A stretch of DNA of 64,000 nt, from the IMG/VR virus record IMGVR_UViG_3300006793_000018, positions 26,301 through 90,300 of that record; one strand, 5' to 3'. This document shows positions 1 to 9,588 of the stretch, piece by piece. This stretch comes from a virus. The number at the start of each line of letters is the position of its first letter. Position 1 is the stretch's first letter. The position numbers and the translations under genes are program-made. The notes beneath the pieces are model-generated. The model had not been told where the DNA came from. It was given only the letters and a program-made list of their open reading frames with translations, and ran no database searches.

Positions 1-2559
1 GCTCATGTGATGAGTCCTTGGGTTCACGAAGGCGATAACATCGTTGAATCAACAAACCATCATTGGTGGGATCTCTATACGCCATGGGGTGGGGTTGGAA
101 GAAGCGTTGAATCTCTGCGACAAATGTTTGAACAATCTTATCCAAAGTGGTTTGGTCAAGGGTGGATTTCCGATATGCTCATCAACGAGAATGCCTCTGC
201 ATTCATGCAATATGAGCATGACGGAGGAAGTCACTTTCCAAACGCAGTAAATCAGCCAATAGGGGATCCTAATCACCCCTCCCGATCATCAATCAAATCA
301 TCTTTGAATAGTGGAAACTTGTTTGAACAGCGCAGATCAAACTGGAGCCATGGTTCAAACTTGCATTTCTTGCACCCAAGTGAAGTTGAAGGGCAAGGAG
401 GACGGATGATTGTTCCGAGCGACAATCTCATGCTAAGTCGATTGGGAAGATCTTTGGCGAGTCAAGCCGATATGGGTTCTCCTCGAATTGGAATGTTTAG
501 GGAAGAACATCCATCGTCATCAAAGGCTTATTGGGACTCTCACAATGCTTTGTACGCAGCAAATGATATGCATTTGGGGCAAGCAATGTCTAACATGGCT
601 ATGCAAGTTATGAAGCAATTTGGACAGCAAGCGATAAATCCTGATGATCCTACAAATCCTGAGCAAGCCATGATCGCAAGAGGAAATCTCCAACAAGTCG
701 CAAGTGCCGCAGATTTTGCTTTGAAAAAGATGCCAATGGGCGAAACATATCGTGCTTTGGCACCTGGTTATGATCAAATGGGCAACATGAACATGACAGT
801 CAAACCTATGGGTCCAGTCCATCCGATGTCACATGCTACATCACCTCCCGTTTATAACACTGGAAACACACACCTTTGGGGCCACGAAATGCCAGCAACA
901 CTTACTTGGAAGCATGATCCAAAACAAGAGGCGATTGTTTTTGGGATGACGGAAGAACCATTCCAAATTATGCAGAGAACTGCTCATGAAAATCACGTTA
1001 AGGCAGTATTGCCTGAGTTGCTCAAACTACCTGTTGGTGCAAAGCAAAGAGACATTCAAGCATTAAGTTCTCTTGATGGACGGGGGCTTTCTCCTTTGGC
1101 AACAGGAGATATTCACAAATCGGAAGATTACAAAGCAACAGGCGTATTCAAAACTAAGATCATACCTGCTTTCACCGTACAATCTTTGGATGAAATCGAC
1201 AAATTGAAAGGTTTTTCGGGAGATTGGATCGTACAAAAAATGCCTTTGGGCGAGCGTATGTTCATCCAAAAGAAAGGAAATCACATAAAAGGCGGAAAAT
1301 TGCCAAGCGAGGTAAAGAAGGATCTTCGGCAAATAACTGGAGATTTCACATTCGATTCTTACTTTGAAGACAATAAGTTGCATGTTCTTGATCTGTTGGT
1401 TCACAAGGGAACTGACATGCACATGGAGCCACTCGAAGACCGAATCAATGCGTTGAGGACTTTGTACGACTCAACAGATAATGTTCACTTCCCAATGCCA
1501 AGGAATTGTGTATCCACCGATAAAGATGGCTTGGCTAAGGCAATAAGCCCGTGGGATGGAGGGGAACTGTTGCTTCGGGATTCAACATCGACTTTCATGA
1601 AAGAGAAAGAGGTACATCCAAAATGGGTTCGCTATGCTAAGGACAGCATTGCAAAGTCATTTTATCCGCCGATGCCCGAAATTATAGCGTATCCAGATCA
1701 GATCAAATTGGTTTATCCCTCAATACTCGATCCAGTTGTGATCAAAGGAACGTTTCAAAATTCTGTTTTCACAGTTGATAGCATTGAGGGGAATGAGGCA
1801 TTATTTGCAAAGTCCGAAAGAGATGCTCCAATTTGGGGTCCAGTTGCTATTGCCTTGCTCAAGGAAGGTGCTGCTGCTGCTGCATCGGGCGGCGGTGGTA
1901 CAGTGACATCAACTGATTCTGGTACATTTAATCCAATTCATTCATCACAAAAAAGACGCCCTCGTAAATTGAAGATAGCCAAGAAATCTATTCTTCGTGC
2001 GCCAGCAATCGAAGGAGTTGGAGAGCAAGGCGACAATGTTGCAAGCAGGATGGGAAGTGTGAGGAGAGCGATCACCAGTGATAACAAAGCAAAGACAACT
2101 GAGAAGTTGTTGTCCATGGTGAAGGGGTTGAATAAAAAAATGCTTGAGATGTTCGCAGGTGAATACGGCATTGAACGAACGGATGATGGAGAAAAGTGGA
2201 CTGTTAATCAAGCGATTGACGATGACATCATCGAACGAATGTTTCCTCGAATGAATCGAATTTCACCAGATGGTGGCGCATGGGCGGGTATGCAAGCCGA
2301 TATTACTGCCCCAACGGGTCCAACTGAACTTTTGGACGATAGTGCTGTCACTTTTTATGATCCTAAACAAGAGGAAGAACCCGTTGAACAAGATCCGGTT
2401 TTTCATCTCAAAGTGAAGAACGGAGATGATCAATCCACAAGCCTTGACGTGGCTGAGGGTAAGGCTACATTGCGTATGCCAAGAAAAACAGAAACAGAAC
2501 TGCAAGAAGAACAAGAAGTGCAGCCCAGTGATCGTTCCGAGACAGATGATTCATACTGA
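1..2559 (+). CDS. Large head-module protein (5'-truncated by the window) with a degenerate ATP-dependent DNA ligase-like nucleotidyltransferase domain
   Basis: Frame is open to base 1 (GCT CAT GTG ATG). Ligase-like segments WIVQKMPLGERMFIQK, LHVLDLLVHKGTDMHMEPLEDRINAL and ELLLRDSTSTFMKEKEVHPKWVRY. Lies directly upstream of the prohead protease. Confidence 0.65.
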   Translation, partial: AHVMSPWVHEGDNIVESTNHHWWDLYTPWGGVGRSVESLRQMFEQSYPKWFGQGWISDMLINENASAFMQYEHDGGSHFPNAVNQPIGDPNHPSRSSIKSSLNSGNLFEQRRSNWSHGSNLHFLHPSEVEGQGGRMIVPSDNLMLSRLGRSLASQADMGSPRIGMFREEHPSSSKAYWDSHNALYAANDMHLGQAMSNMAMQVMKQFGQQAINPDDPTNPEQAMIARGNLQQVASAADFALKKMPMGETYRALAPGYDQMGNMNMTVKPMGPVHPMSHATSPPVYNTGNTHLWGHEMPATLTWKHDPKQEAIVFGMTEEPFQIMQRTAHENHVKAVLPELLKLPVGAKQRDIQALSSLDGRGLSPLATGDIHKSEDYKATGVFKTKIIPAFTVQSLDEIDKLKGFSGDWIVQKMPLGERMFIQKKGNHIKGGKLPSEVKKDLRQITGDFTFDSYFEDNKLHVLDLLVHKGTDMHMEPLEDRINALRTLYDSTDNVHFPMPRNCVSTDKDGLAKAISPWDGGELLLRDSTSTFMKEKEVHPKWVRYAKDSIAKSFYPPMPEIIAYPDQIKLVYPSILDPVVIKGTFQNSVFTVDSIEGNEALFAKSERDAPIWGPVAIALLKEGAAAAASGGGGTVTSTDSGTFNPIHSSQKRRPRKLKIAKKSILRAPAIEGVGEQGDNVASRMGSVRRAITSDNKAKTTEKLLSMVKGLNKKMLEMFAGEYGIERTDDGEKWTVNQAIDDDIIERMFPRMNRISPDGGAWAGMQADITAPTGPTELLDDSAVTFYDPKQEEEPVEQDPVFHLKVKNGDDQSTSLDVAEGKATLRMPRKTETELQEEQEVQPSDRSETDDSY

Positions 2560-2582
2560 TTGTTCTCTTTTCGTTTTGAAAG

Positions 2583-2594
2583 CATTCATATACC
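2583..2594 (+). promoter_or_regulatory. Archaeal TATA-like box (TTCATATA) upstream of protease/capsid operon
   Basis: TTCATATA at 2585-2592, about 25 nt before ATG 2618; preceded by a T-rich tract (2559-2577) that may terminate the upstream transcript. Confidence 0.55.
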
Positions 2595-2614
2595 ATTGCT
2601 TGATTTAGGATAGG

Positions 2615-4003
2615 TTGATGACGGCAGCAAACCTCTCAGTATCCTCCGCAACATGGTCTGCGGATGGCTCTGATTTTTTGCTAAAATCTGCTGCATCAAA
2701 CGGCGATCTATTCGTCGCAGGATATGCATCGGTCGATATGGTCGATAAGCAGGGAGATCGTATCCCAGTCCCTGCGCTAAAGAAGGCATTCAATCAATTC
2801 ATGGGCAACAAGGCATTCCGCAATGTCCAGTTGGCACACTCTGGCATCCAAGTTGGAGAAGTTGTTTCCGATTACAAAGATACAGAAGGCCGACTTTGGA
2901 AATCCGAAGTCGATGATCATGGATTGTTCGTTGTTTGCAAGATCCGCAACGACATTCAAAAGGCACGTGAAGTGCAGAAGCAAATCCGCAATGGAGAACT
3001 ACGGGCGTTCTCAATTGGCGGTCAGGCACTATTTCGTGTGTCGAAAACAACCCCCGAACTCGGTACTCATCGTGAGATTACCGACCTTGAACTCCATGAG
3101 ATCACACTCTGCAAGAAGGGAATCAACCCTGAAGCAGCGTACACGATCCTAAAAATGGACGGAGATGACAACATGAGCAATACAGAAGTGTTAAACGAAA
3201 TTAAGGCAGGACTTTCCGAAGTTCTCAAAGAATTGAATGAAGGAAAGTCGGATGCAAAGACTGACGACAAATACATGAAAAATGTCGATTGTGACGATGA
3301 GGGCAACCCTATCGGACAAAAAGGCGATGACAAGATGAAGAAAGCCCAACAGGACGACGCTCTTGCATACATCGATACCCTCGAAAAGTTCGCTCACCAA
3401 TCTGGTGTTGATCTCGACGGACTCCGTGATCACTTTGGTTTGGAGAAGGCTTACCTTCCAGAACAAGGATCTGGCGGATACTCTCACCGAGGACAAGGCG
3501 ATGAAGTTGGATCTGGCGAAGATGCAACCGAACCATCGTACCCATCTCTCCCAAGTCCTGGCGGCAACCAATATGTGATCAAGGGGCCAAGTGTTCCTAA
3601 CATGAACATGGGCGCACCATCGGGCAACCAAAACGTCATCAAGTCCCTCACCCCAGAAACTCTGGAAAAGGGATACCGAACCTACGCTGCCCTTCGTGAC
3701 GAAGAAGCCGTGAAGGGTCTTGTCGAAAAGGAATGGCAGGAACGCTACAACGCAGAAACCGCACAGGCTCTCGAAGTTCGCAAAGCCAACGATGTCGGCG
3801 CACAAATCCACGCTCTCCGTGAAGAGATCTCGATGCTCAAGTCAGAGAATGTCGATCTCCAAAAGAGCGCAACCCCTGTGCCATCCGCACCAACCACTTC
3901 CATCCGAGTACCAACCCACGATGAATTTTCCCAAATGGGATCTGACCTCGAAGGCTGGCGAGCCGCAGAAGCACTTGCTATGCGAGCATTGCGAGGGGAA
4001 TAA
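2615..4003 (+). CDS. HK97-type prohead protease fused to a C-terminal scaffold
   Basis: AGYASVDMVDKQGDRI, QLAH (His), VDDHGLFV, RAFSIGG (Ser), LHEITL..INPEA; charged coiled-coil C-terminal half; directly upstream of the MCP. Confidence 0.9.
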   Translation: MMTAANLSVSSATWSADGSDFLLKSAASNGDLFVAGYASVDMVDKQGDRIPVPALKKAFNQFMGNKAFRNVQLAHSGIQVGEVVSDYKDTEGRLWKSEVDDHGLFVVCKIRNDIQKAREVQKQIRNGELRAFSIGGQALFRVSKTTPELGTHREITDLELHEITLCKKGINPEAAYTILKMDGDDNMSNTEVLNEIKAGLSEVLKELNEGKSDAKTDDKYMKNVDCDDEGNPIGQKGDDKMKKAQQDDALAYIDTLEKFAHQSGVDLDGLRDHFGLEKAYLPEQGSGGYSHRGQGDEVGSGEDATEPSYPSLPSPGGNQYVIKGPSVPNMNMGAPSGNQNVIKSLTPETLEKGYRTYAALRDEEAVKGLVEKEWQERYNAETAQALEVRKANDVGAQIHALREEISMLKSENVDLQKSATPVPSAPTTSIRVPTHDEFSQMGSDLEGWRAAEALAMRALRGE

Positions 4004-4024
4004 TCAAAACAGGAGAGATGAAGA

Positions 4025-5179
4025 ATGACGCAAGGATACATCCGAACAATCGAAGACATGGAACGCCTTTACTACGGTGCTGGCGCAGGATCGAACGCAT
4101 GGGCATACAGTGGAACTGACCTACTCAAGGCAGACTCACCTTTGATGTCCTCAACCGCTGGAACTTACAACGCCATCTTTGGCCGTAAGGTTTGGTCGCA
4201 ACTCAACCAAGAATTCAACGCTTTCTCAATTCTTCCTAAGAAGCCTTGGGAAAAGAGTGGATGGCGTGTCGTGACCGGCAAGCCTGACGAAGCCAGTGGA
4301 CTTCCTGAAAACGGAACCCTCCCTGACTCCACCAAGCCAACCTTCCACGAAGTCAGCACCAAGCCAAAGACCATTGCAAGCAAGTTCGACTTGAGCGAAA
4401 CCGCAATGTTCCTTGCAGACAAGGACGATGGACTTGGCGATGCACGTGCTGTGATCAAGATGGAAATGTCGAAGTCTCACGCTGAGTCGATCAACAAGAT
4501 GCTCCTTCGAGATGTCAACGTCGTCGCTGGAAACAACTTTGAATCCATTGACCGTGCAATCTCCTCCTCCTTCGTTGAGAAGTCTGGAATGTCCGACATC
4601 AGTTCCGCAGCAGTTCACAACCAATACAGTCTCACCCGTGACTCCTCTGGTGCTACTTCCCGTGAATGGTACGACGCCAACGTCGATGCTGGTGCAAACG
4701 GTGCTTCCAACGAACGCCCTCTCACCCTCAACATCTTGGATGGAATGTTCCGAGCAGTTTGGGAACGGGGAGGTCAGCCAAAGGTTATCCTCACTGGATA
4801 CGACACTGTTGAGAAGATCCAACAACTCCTTCAACCACAACAACGGTTCACTGAGATGAAGCGCGTCACGCCTTCCGTCAACGGTGTTCAAGGTGTTCCT
4901 GGTATGGATGCTGGATTCGTCGTTGCAACATACAACGGCGTCCCGATCATTCCTTCCAAGGATGTTCAAGATGATGGTCTTTCTCGACTATACTTCATCG
5001 ACACTGACTACACCTACTTCTGCACGGCTAAACCAACTCTTTACCACGAATCTGGTATCGAAACTGGCGATCCATTCGGTATCAACCGTCTTGGACAAGT
5101 CGGCCTATTCCACACAATGGGCGAACTCTGGCAACTCTTCTATGGCGCACACGGCAAGATCCGAGATCTTAGTGCCTGA
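4025..5179 (+). CDS. Major capsid protein (HK97 fold)
   Basis: 384 aa, follows the protease, strong SD (AGGAGA), strongly biased codon usage; capsid-like segments (GLPENGTLPD, KPKTIA, GGQPKVILT, TYNGVPIIPS, HGKIRDL). Confidence 0.9.
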   Translation: MTQGYIRTIEDMERLYYGAGAGSNAWAYSGTDLLKADSPLMSSTAGTYNAIFGRKVWSQLNQEFNAFSILPKKPWEKSGWRVVTGKPDEASGLPENGTLPDSTKPTFHEVSTKPKTIASKFDLSETAMFLADKDDGLGDARAVIKMEMSKSHAESINKMLLRDVNVVAGNNFESIDRAISSSFVEKSGMSDISSAAVHNQYSLTRDSSGATSREWYDANVDAGANGASNERPLTLNILDGMFRAVWERGGQPKVILTGYDTVEKIQQLLQPQQRFTEMKRVTPSVNGVQGVPGMDAGFVVATYNGVPIIPSKDVQDDGLSRLYFIDTDYTYFCTAKPTLYHESGIETGDPFGINRLGQVGLFHTMGELWQLFYGAHGKIRDLSA

Positions 5180-5206
5180 AGACAAAAAACATGGAGATGA
5201 TGAAAC

Positions 5207-5596
5207 ATGGCAAACACAAACCTAACAAGCGGAACAATTGTCGCTGATGTCCCAATGTGGGCTGGCGTACTCGAAGAAAGCAACACCGACTGGCTACAAG
5301 AGCCAATCGGTACGAACACGGCTGCTGGCGCAGTTCAAATGATGATCATTGATTTGGTCGTCACAAGCAACGCCGCAACCGTCTTCGATCTTGCTGATGT
5401 CGCAACTGGCACTCGACTGGATTTCCAGGGCGACACCGCCCACGGAGCAGCCGTTATTGCTGTCCTTGGCATTGAGAACCGAACTGGTGGACACGAAGAC
5501 ATGACCTTGGTACGTGGAGAAGGAGCGCAAGTTCTCTTCACCGCACCATCTGGCGTTTCAGGCGACACAGTTCGATTGACCATCATGTACCGTTGA
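5207..5596 (+). CDS. Putative capsid decoration/minor head protein
   Basis: Beta-rich 129 aa ORF immediately after the MCP with similar codon bias; SD GGAGATGA. Confidence 0.5.
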   Translation: MANTNLTSGTIVADVPMWAGVLEESNTDWLQEPIGTNTAAGAVQMMIIDLVVTSNAATVFDLADVATGTRLDFQGDTAHGAAVIAVLGIENRTGGHEDMTLVRGEGAQVLFTAPSGVSGDTVRLTIMYR

Positions 5597-5597
5597 G

Positions 5598-5975
5598 GTG
5601 ATCCCTTTGGGATACACAATCACATATGTCGGCGCAAAAGCGTACATTGAATTTGACGTCAACGGAACAAGTTATGGTTTCGCACGTGGCGATCCCAAAA
5701 CAAACATTCCAGACTCATGGATCGAAGAACGAATTCTCGGCGGCATTGACAACGGATCAACTTCTTGGAAAGTTGTCAGCGATGTTGCTGAGAAAAAGAC
5801 TGAGGCCATGAAAGAAGTTGTTGAGGCTACCGTCGAACCCGTTGAGGAAGCAGCACTTGCTCCCGAAGATCTTTCGACATTATCCCGTGCCAAATTGATG
5901 GCTTTGTGCAAGGAACGAGGCATTGATGTCTCTAACCGCGACAAGAAAGCCGATCTGCTTGAAAAGTTGGCATGA
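5598..5975 (+). CDS. Protein with C-terminal SAP/HeH (Rho-N-like) helix-extension-helix domain
   Basis: LSTLSRAKLMALCKERGIDVSNRDKKADLLEKL; start codon uncertain (GTG 5598 or TTG 5607). Confidence 0.65.
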   Translation: MIPLGYTITYVGAKAYIEFDVNGTSYGFARGDPKTNIPDSWIEERILGGIDNGSTSWKVVSDVAEKKTEAMKEVVEATVEPVEEAALAPEDLSTLSRAKLMALCKERGIDVSNRDKKADLLEKLA

Positions 5976-5984
5976 GGGATCTAA

Positions 5985-6512
5985 ATGGCAAACAACAGGC
6001 AATCCATTACAGATGGCGAGAATTATCTTTCTCGAAGCCGTGTCAATCGCCACGTGATCACCCTAACGGGGGAATCCCCAAATCAATTAGTGCCTCTTAA
6101 TGGTAAAGTGTCTAAGGTCGTTGTTGATGCATCGGATGCATCGTTGGATGTTGGATCTGGAAACACTGGTGAACTCAAATTTCTTATGGACATCGAAGAC
6201 GGATCGGCAACCGAGATTCCTTACTTTGACACGATTGGAAAACTGAACTACACTGGCGCAGGATCAGGGCAAGTTGCTTTACTCGAAGTCACACCTGGTT
6301 CAAACAAAGGAACAGCCTCAGCCAAGAATTCTTTGCATTTCTCAGTCACAACAACTACGGCAGCAGAATCGGGTGGTGTTGCGATCAACGAACCCGCCGC
6401 ATGGAATGGCTTGGTTTGTGGGCAAGTGAGAGTTTTTGCAGATGTTGACCCAGGTAGCGGAACCGTTCTTGCTCCAGCATCAGTCATTAGAGTCATTATC
6501 TTTATGGAATAA
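5985..6512 (+). CDS. Hypothetical virion protein
   Basis: 175 aa beta-rich ORF in the head module. Confidence 0.55.
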   Translation: MANNRQSITDGENYLSRSRVNRHVITLTGESPNQLVPLNGKVSKVVVDASDASLDVGSGNTGELKFLMDIEDGSATEIPYFDTIGKLNYTGAGSGQVALLEVTPGSNKGTASAKNSLHFSVTTTTAAESGGVAINEPAAWNGLVCGQVRVFADVDPGSGTVLAPASVIRVIIFME

Positions 6513-6522
6513 GCATCTTTTA

Positions 6523-6540
6523 TGAAAAGAGATATAAACA
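6523..6540 (+). promoter_or_regulatory. BRE/TATA-like promoter (GAAAAGAGATATAAAC)
   Basis: Purine-rich run plus TATAAA about 24 nt before ATG 6562 in an AT-rich intergenic gap. Confidence 0.55.
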
Positions 6541-6561
6541 AAAGAACACTGAGGAATATAC

Positions 6562-6933
6562 ATGGCAGTTGAAGTTGAACAGCAAGGAAGAACAAACGTA
6601 GCAGGAAACAGACTGACTGTTTCTTTGAAAGTAGCAGATGACGATACCGCTTACATTGCTGGAGGCATTGCTTTCGATGCAAATGAGTATGTTGGAAATC
6701 CAGATATGGTTCATATCGAATCGGCTGCTATCGGCGTTATGTTCACCTATGATCGAGCAAACAAGAAGATCAAGGCATTCGTTGAACGAGATGATGCAAA
6801 CGCCCACGGTGTCCCTGATAGCGGTTCTGCACCAATGCCACTAACAGAGGCAATAGGAATGGATCTTTCAGGAGATATTGCCGCTGGAACAGGCATTATC
6901 CTACGAGTCATGATCACTGGCACACGTGCATGA
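6562..6933 (+). CDS. Hypothetical virion protein
   Basis: 123 aa ORF, SD GAGGA. Confidence 0.55.
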   Translation: MAVEVEQQGRTNVAGNRLTVSLKVADDDTAYIAGGIAFDANEYVGNPDMVHIESAAIGVMFTYDRANKKIKAFVERDDANAHGVPDSGSAPMPLTEAIGMDLSGDIAAGTGIILRVMITGTRA

Positions 6934-6947
6934 GGGGGTGAAACCCC

Positions 6948-7262
6948 TTGGCTCGAATGAAGACAGGCCATATTGATCTTGAAACCTCAATTGAGATCAA
7001 CAAGCGAAGGCAATCTCGCATGTTGGAACTCATGACGAATGCTGGATCAATAGCAGAAGATCAATCTCCATTCAGCCATGAGAACATGGCAAACGCCCAA
7101 AAAAAATTCATCAAGGTCGATAACAAGCGTCGATCCGACATCCAAAACATTGGATCTGGGACCAGATGCACCGCATGTGGTTTGCTTCATTTTTGCTGGA
7201 CGCCTGAATGTGCGGTTTGTGGCGAGGCGATGCATTTCAATATGGGGAGCCACCACAGTTGA
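6948..7262 (+). CDS. Small protein with C-terminal Zn ribbon
   Basis: CTACG...CWTPECAVC; TTG start after GGGGTGA SD. Confidence 0.6.
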   Translation: MARMKTGHIDLETSIEINKRRQSRMLELMTNAGSIAEDQSPFSHENMANAQKKFIKVDNKRRSDIQNIGSGTRCTACGLLHFCWTPECAVCGEAMHFNMGSHHS

Positions 7263-7279
7263 ATGCGGAGCGGAATTGA

Positions 7280-8872
7280 ATGCCTCAAGTCTTCAACCCA
7301 GGACATAGACCAAGTGCGCCGCTTGATCCTACTGCTTTGGTGTATTGCACGGCTGACGAGGTAGCAGAGTTCTTGCAATTGCCACTTCCCGACCCAATTT
7401 CATTGTCAGCCGACACTACGATCACAACAGGAAAAATCAACATCCCTATCAGCGGCGTCGAATACCGAAGGTGGAAAATCGATGCCACTACAAACATCAC
7501 GGTGTACGATGACGATGACCCTATTGGCAAAACCTACACTGTTCTTGACGCAATAGGGGGGGGCAGCGGCAATGTTCATGTTCGAGCAACACAGGCAGAT
7601 GATGGAACGTCCTTTACAATTGCCAAAAACGCTCAAATTCAAATAAATCACGCTTTAACAAACAGCAAGGAGAGGGGTTTGACCAAATCTCATGTTGAGA
7701 ATTTGATCCTCAAGAAGCAAGACTACATCGATCAAGTATGTCGTATGTCTTGGCGTCCTCGAATCGTAGTCGATGAATATCAAAATTTTACCACTTTCAA
7801 ACCATATCGAAGGCGATACTACACGGATTATGTCGGCGCAGTTTATTTGAGGCATCGTGCAATTCAAAGAATACTTCGACTTGGCGTTTGGCAAAGCGAC
7901 TATTATCGTGAATTGGGCGGTGCAAGAACATGCATGAAGGTCAAAGAGCCAACAGAGATTGGTGCAGCAGGTACGGAAAAAATCTTCATTTGCAATGGTA
8001 CTGCCCATACTATCGCAATGCAAAACGGAGCAAGTTCAAACCAATGGCAATCGGACTTTGGAGCAAAAACCATCGCCCAAAACATTTCCAATCTGATCAA
8101 CAAAGATGTCGCCACTTCCCGATCAGCAATTGCAATAGGGGATTTGAAAGAACACGACAAACAATTGTACCTTCACGACGAATTTTTGGCAGTTGCAAAC
8201 AGTGATGAGGGTGATGGAAAAATAGTCATCACATCGTTGCGATCAACAGAAGAAGGTGAATCAAACACCATTGCAACGACCAATCCTGATGTGTTTGTAT
8301 TCTCTTTAGGCACAGATGTCTCAGCAAATATCACCTCAGTTGCAGGAGCCAATTTCACAGTCGATGATGCAGGGTCATTTACCAAAACAAACGGTTTGGT
8401 TTATTTCACAATAGGTTCGACCACACACATTGCTCGATGCACCAGATCAGGGAACACCTTCACAGTGGTTGATGATGCAACAGGAGGAACAATTGCTGCA
8501 TTAGCCACAGATGTCATTGTGAAGCAACAACGCTTGAACGTTGATATGAATGACGAAGAACGCCAATACGATTGGTGGTCGATGGAAGACAACGGAGCCA
8601 TAATGTTCAACAACCAATATCCATTTTATGAGAATCATTCGTTGAAGGTGTCCTACATTTATGGTGAGCGTTATCTTGACAAGGTGATCAAAGAAGTGTG
8701 TATCAAAATGGTGGCAATTGACATTATTATGACGGATGACTACACTGTTCTCTTTCCAGAAGGTTCGTCCAATATCGATCTAAACGCAAAGATCCAAAAG
8801 ATGGAGGAGGAAGTGAAGCGAATGCTTGTTCCATATCAAGAAACCATCATTGTCGCAGGGATGGGTGGTTGA
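7280..8872 (+). CDS. Head-tail adaptor (gp6/gp15-like) with large inserted domains
   Basis: N-terminal YCTADEVAEFL and C-terminal LKVSYIYG..VIKEVCIKMVAIDI typical of adaptors; position between head and tail genes. Confidence 0.65.
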   Translation: MPQVFNPGHRPSAPLDPTALVYCTADEVAEFLQLPLPDPISLSADTTITTGKINIPISGVEYRRWKIDATTNITVYDDDDPIGKTYTVLDAIGGGSGNVHVRATQADDGTSFTIAKNAQIQINHALTNSKERGLTKSHVENLILKKQDYIDQVCRMSWRPRIVVDEYQNFTTFKPYRRRYYTDYVGAVYLRHRAIQRILRLGVWQSDYYRELGGARTCMKVKEPTEIGAAGTEKIFICNGTAHTIAMQNGASSNQWQSDFGAKTIAQNISNLINKDVATSRSAIAIGDLKEHDKQLYLHDEFLAVANSDEGDGKIVITSLRSTEEGESNTIATTNPDVFVFSLGTDVSANITSVAGANFTVDDAGSFTKTNGLVYFTIGSTTHIARCTRSGNTFTVVDDATGGTIAALATDVIVKQQRLNVDMNDEERQYDWWSMEDNGAIMFNNQYPFYENHSLKVSYIYGERYLDKVIKEVCIKMVAIDIIMTDDYTVLFPEGSSNIDLNAKIQKMEEEVKRMLVPYQETIIVAGMGG

Positions 8873-9137
8873 TTTGATTATCATCGCCGTCGTTGCAAAT
8901 CATGATAAAATTATGAAATTGTCAAAGGAGTTGTCTGTTTTAGCAGACGATGCCATAAATGGGGGGGTGCGTGATCTTGAAGAAAAGATGCTTCTCGAAG
9001 AGAAAAAAATGAATGAAGCGGATGGTCATGATTATACTGAGGAACAGTTGAAAGAAATTGTTGCAGCGAGGCTAAAAAACAATCATTTTTCTCGCAATAT
9101 CGATGACAAAATACAAAAAATGAAGGAGGTTATGTGA
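8826..9137 (+). CDS. Hypothetical neck-region protein (true start probably downstream, e.g. 8870 or 8913)
   Basis: Helical ORF coupled to the next gene. Confidence 0.45.
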   Translation: MFHIKKPSLSQGWVVDLIIIAVVANHDKIMKLSKELSVLADDAINGGVRDLEEKMLLEEKKMNEADGHDYTEEQLKEIVAARLKNNHFSRNIDDKIQKMKEVM

Positions 9138-9574
9138 TGGCAAAGGATGCAATTGAGTCGATCCGTGATCTGCTGAATGCCCAATGGAACCTTTCTCCAA
9201 AGCCTTCGATTGAAGACATTGCTGTTCTTGATCGGGGCGAGGGAAAGCGAACTCGTCTTCAAGACCAAGACGTGATCCGTATTTTTGAAACCGCTCACAA
9301 TGAAGCGCAACCAGAATTGTTGTTTGACTTTGTAAATATCCATGTCAATTTAACCATCGATGTTCGTACATCAAAGGGGAGAAAGAGACTGGGCGCACTT
9401 CGAGATGAGGTTCGGCGGATCATCCATAAGTTCCGAAAGGGCAATGGAAACGACTTTGACAGGGTTATCTTCAAGACGAGAACCGATTTGTCGGATCGTA
9501 GCAAGGGGTTATTCCGATACACACTTCAAGCAGAAGTTATCACATTCAGCGAAGTTCTGGAAACAATCACATAA
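9134..9574 (+). CDS. Putative tail terminator/completion protein
   Basis: 146 aa, directly before the tail tube; pattern IRDLLNAQW...LTIDVRT...EVRRII...FRYTLQAE. Confidence 0.6.
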   Translation: MMAKDAIESIRDLLNAQWNLSPKPSIEDIAVLDRGEGKRTRLQDQDVIRIFETAHNEAQPELLFDFVNIHVNLTIDVRTSKGRKRLGALRDEVRRIIHKFRKGNGNDFDRVIFKTRTDLSDRSKGLFRYTLQAEVITFSEVLETIT

Positions 9575-9588
9575 AATGAGGCGATAAA

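Noticed and set aside
1868-1898. (GCT)n and (GGC)n microsatellite-like run
   Set aside because: Simply encodes an Ala/Gly linker (GAAAAASGGGG)
4226-4969. 247-aa - strand ORF, and similar ones at 3191-3811 and 13399-13971
   Set aside because: Antisense to MCP, scaffold and tape measure genes; explained by codon bias
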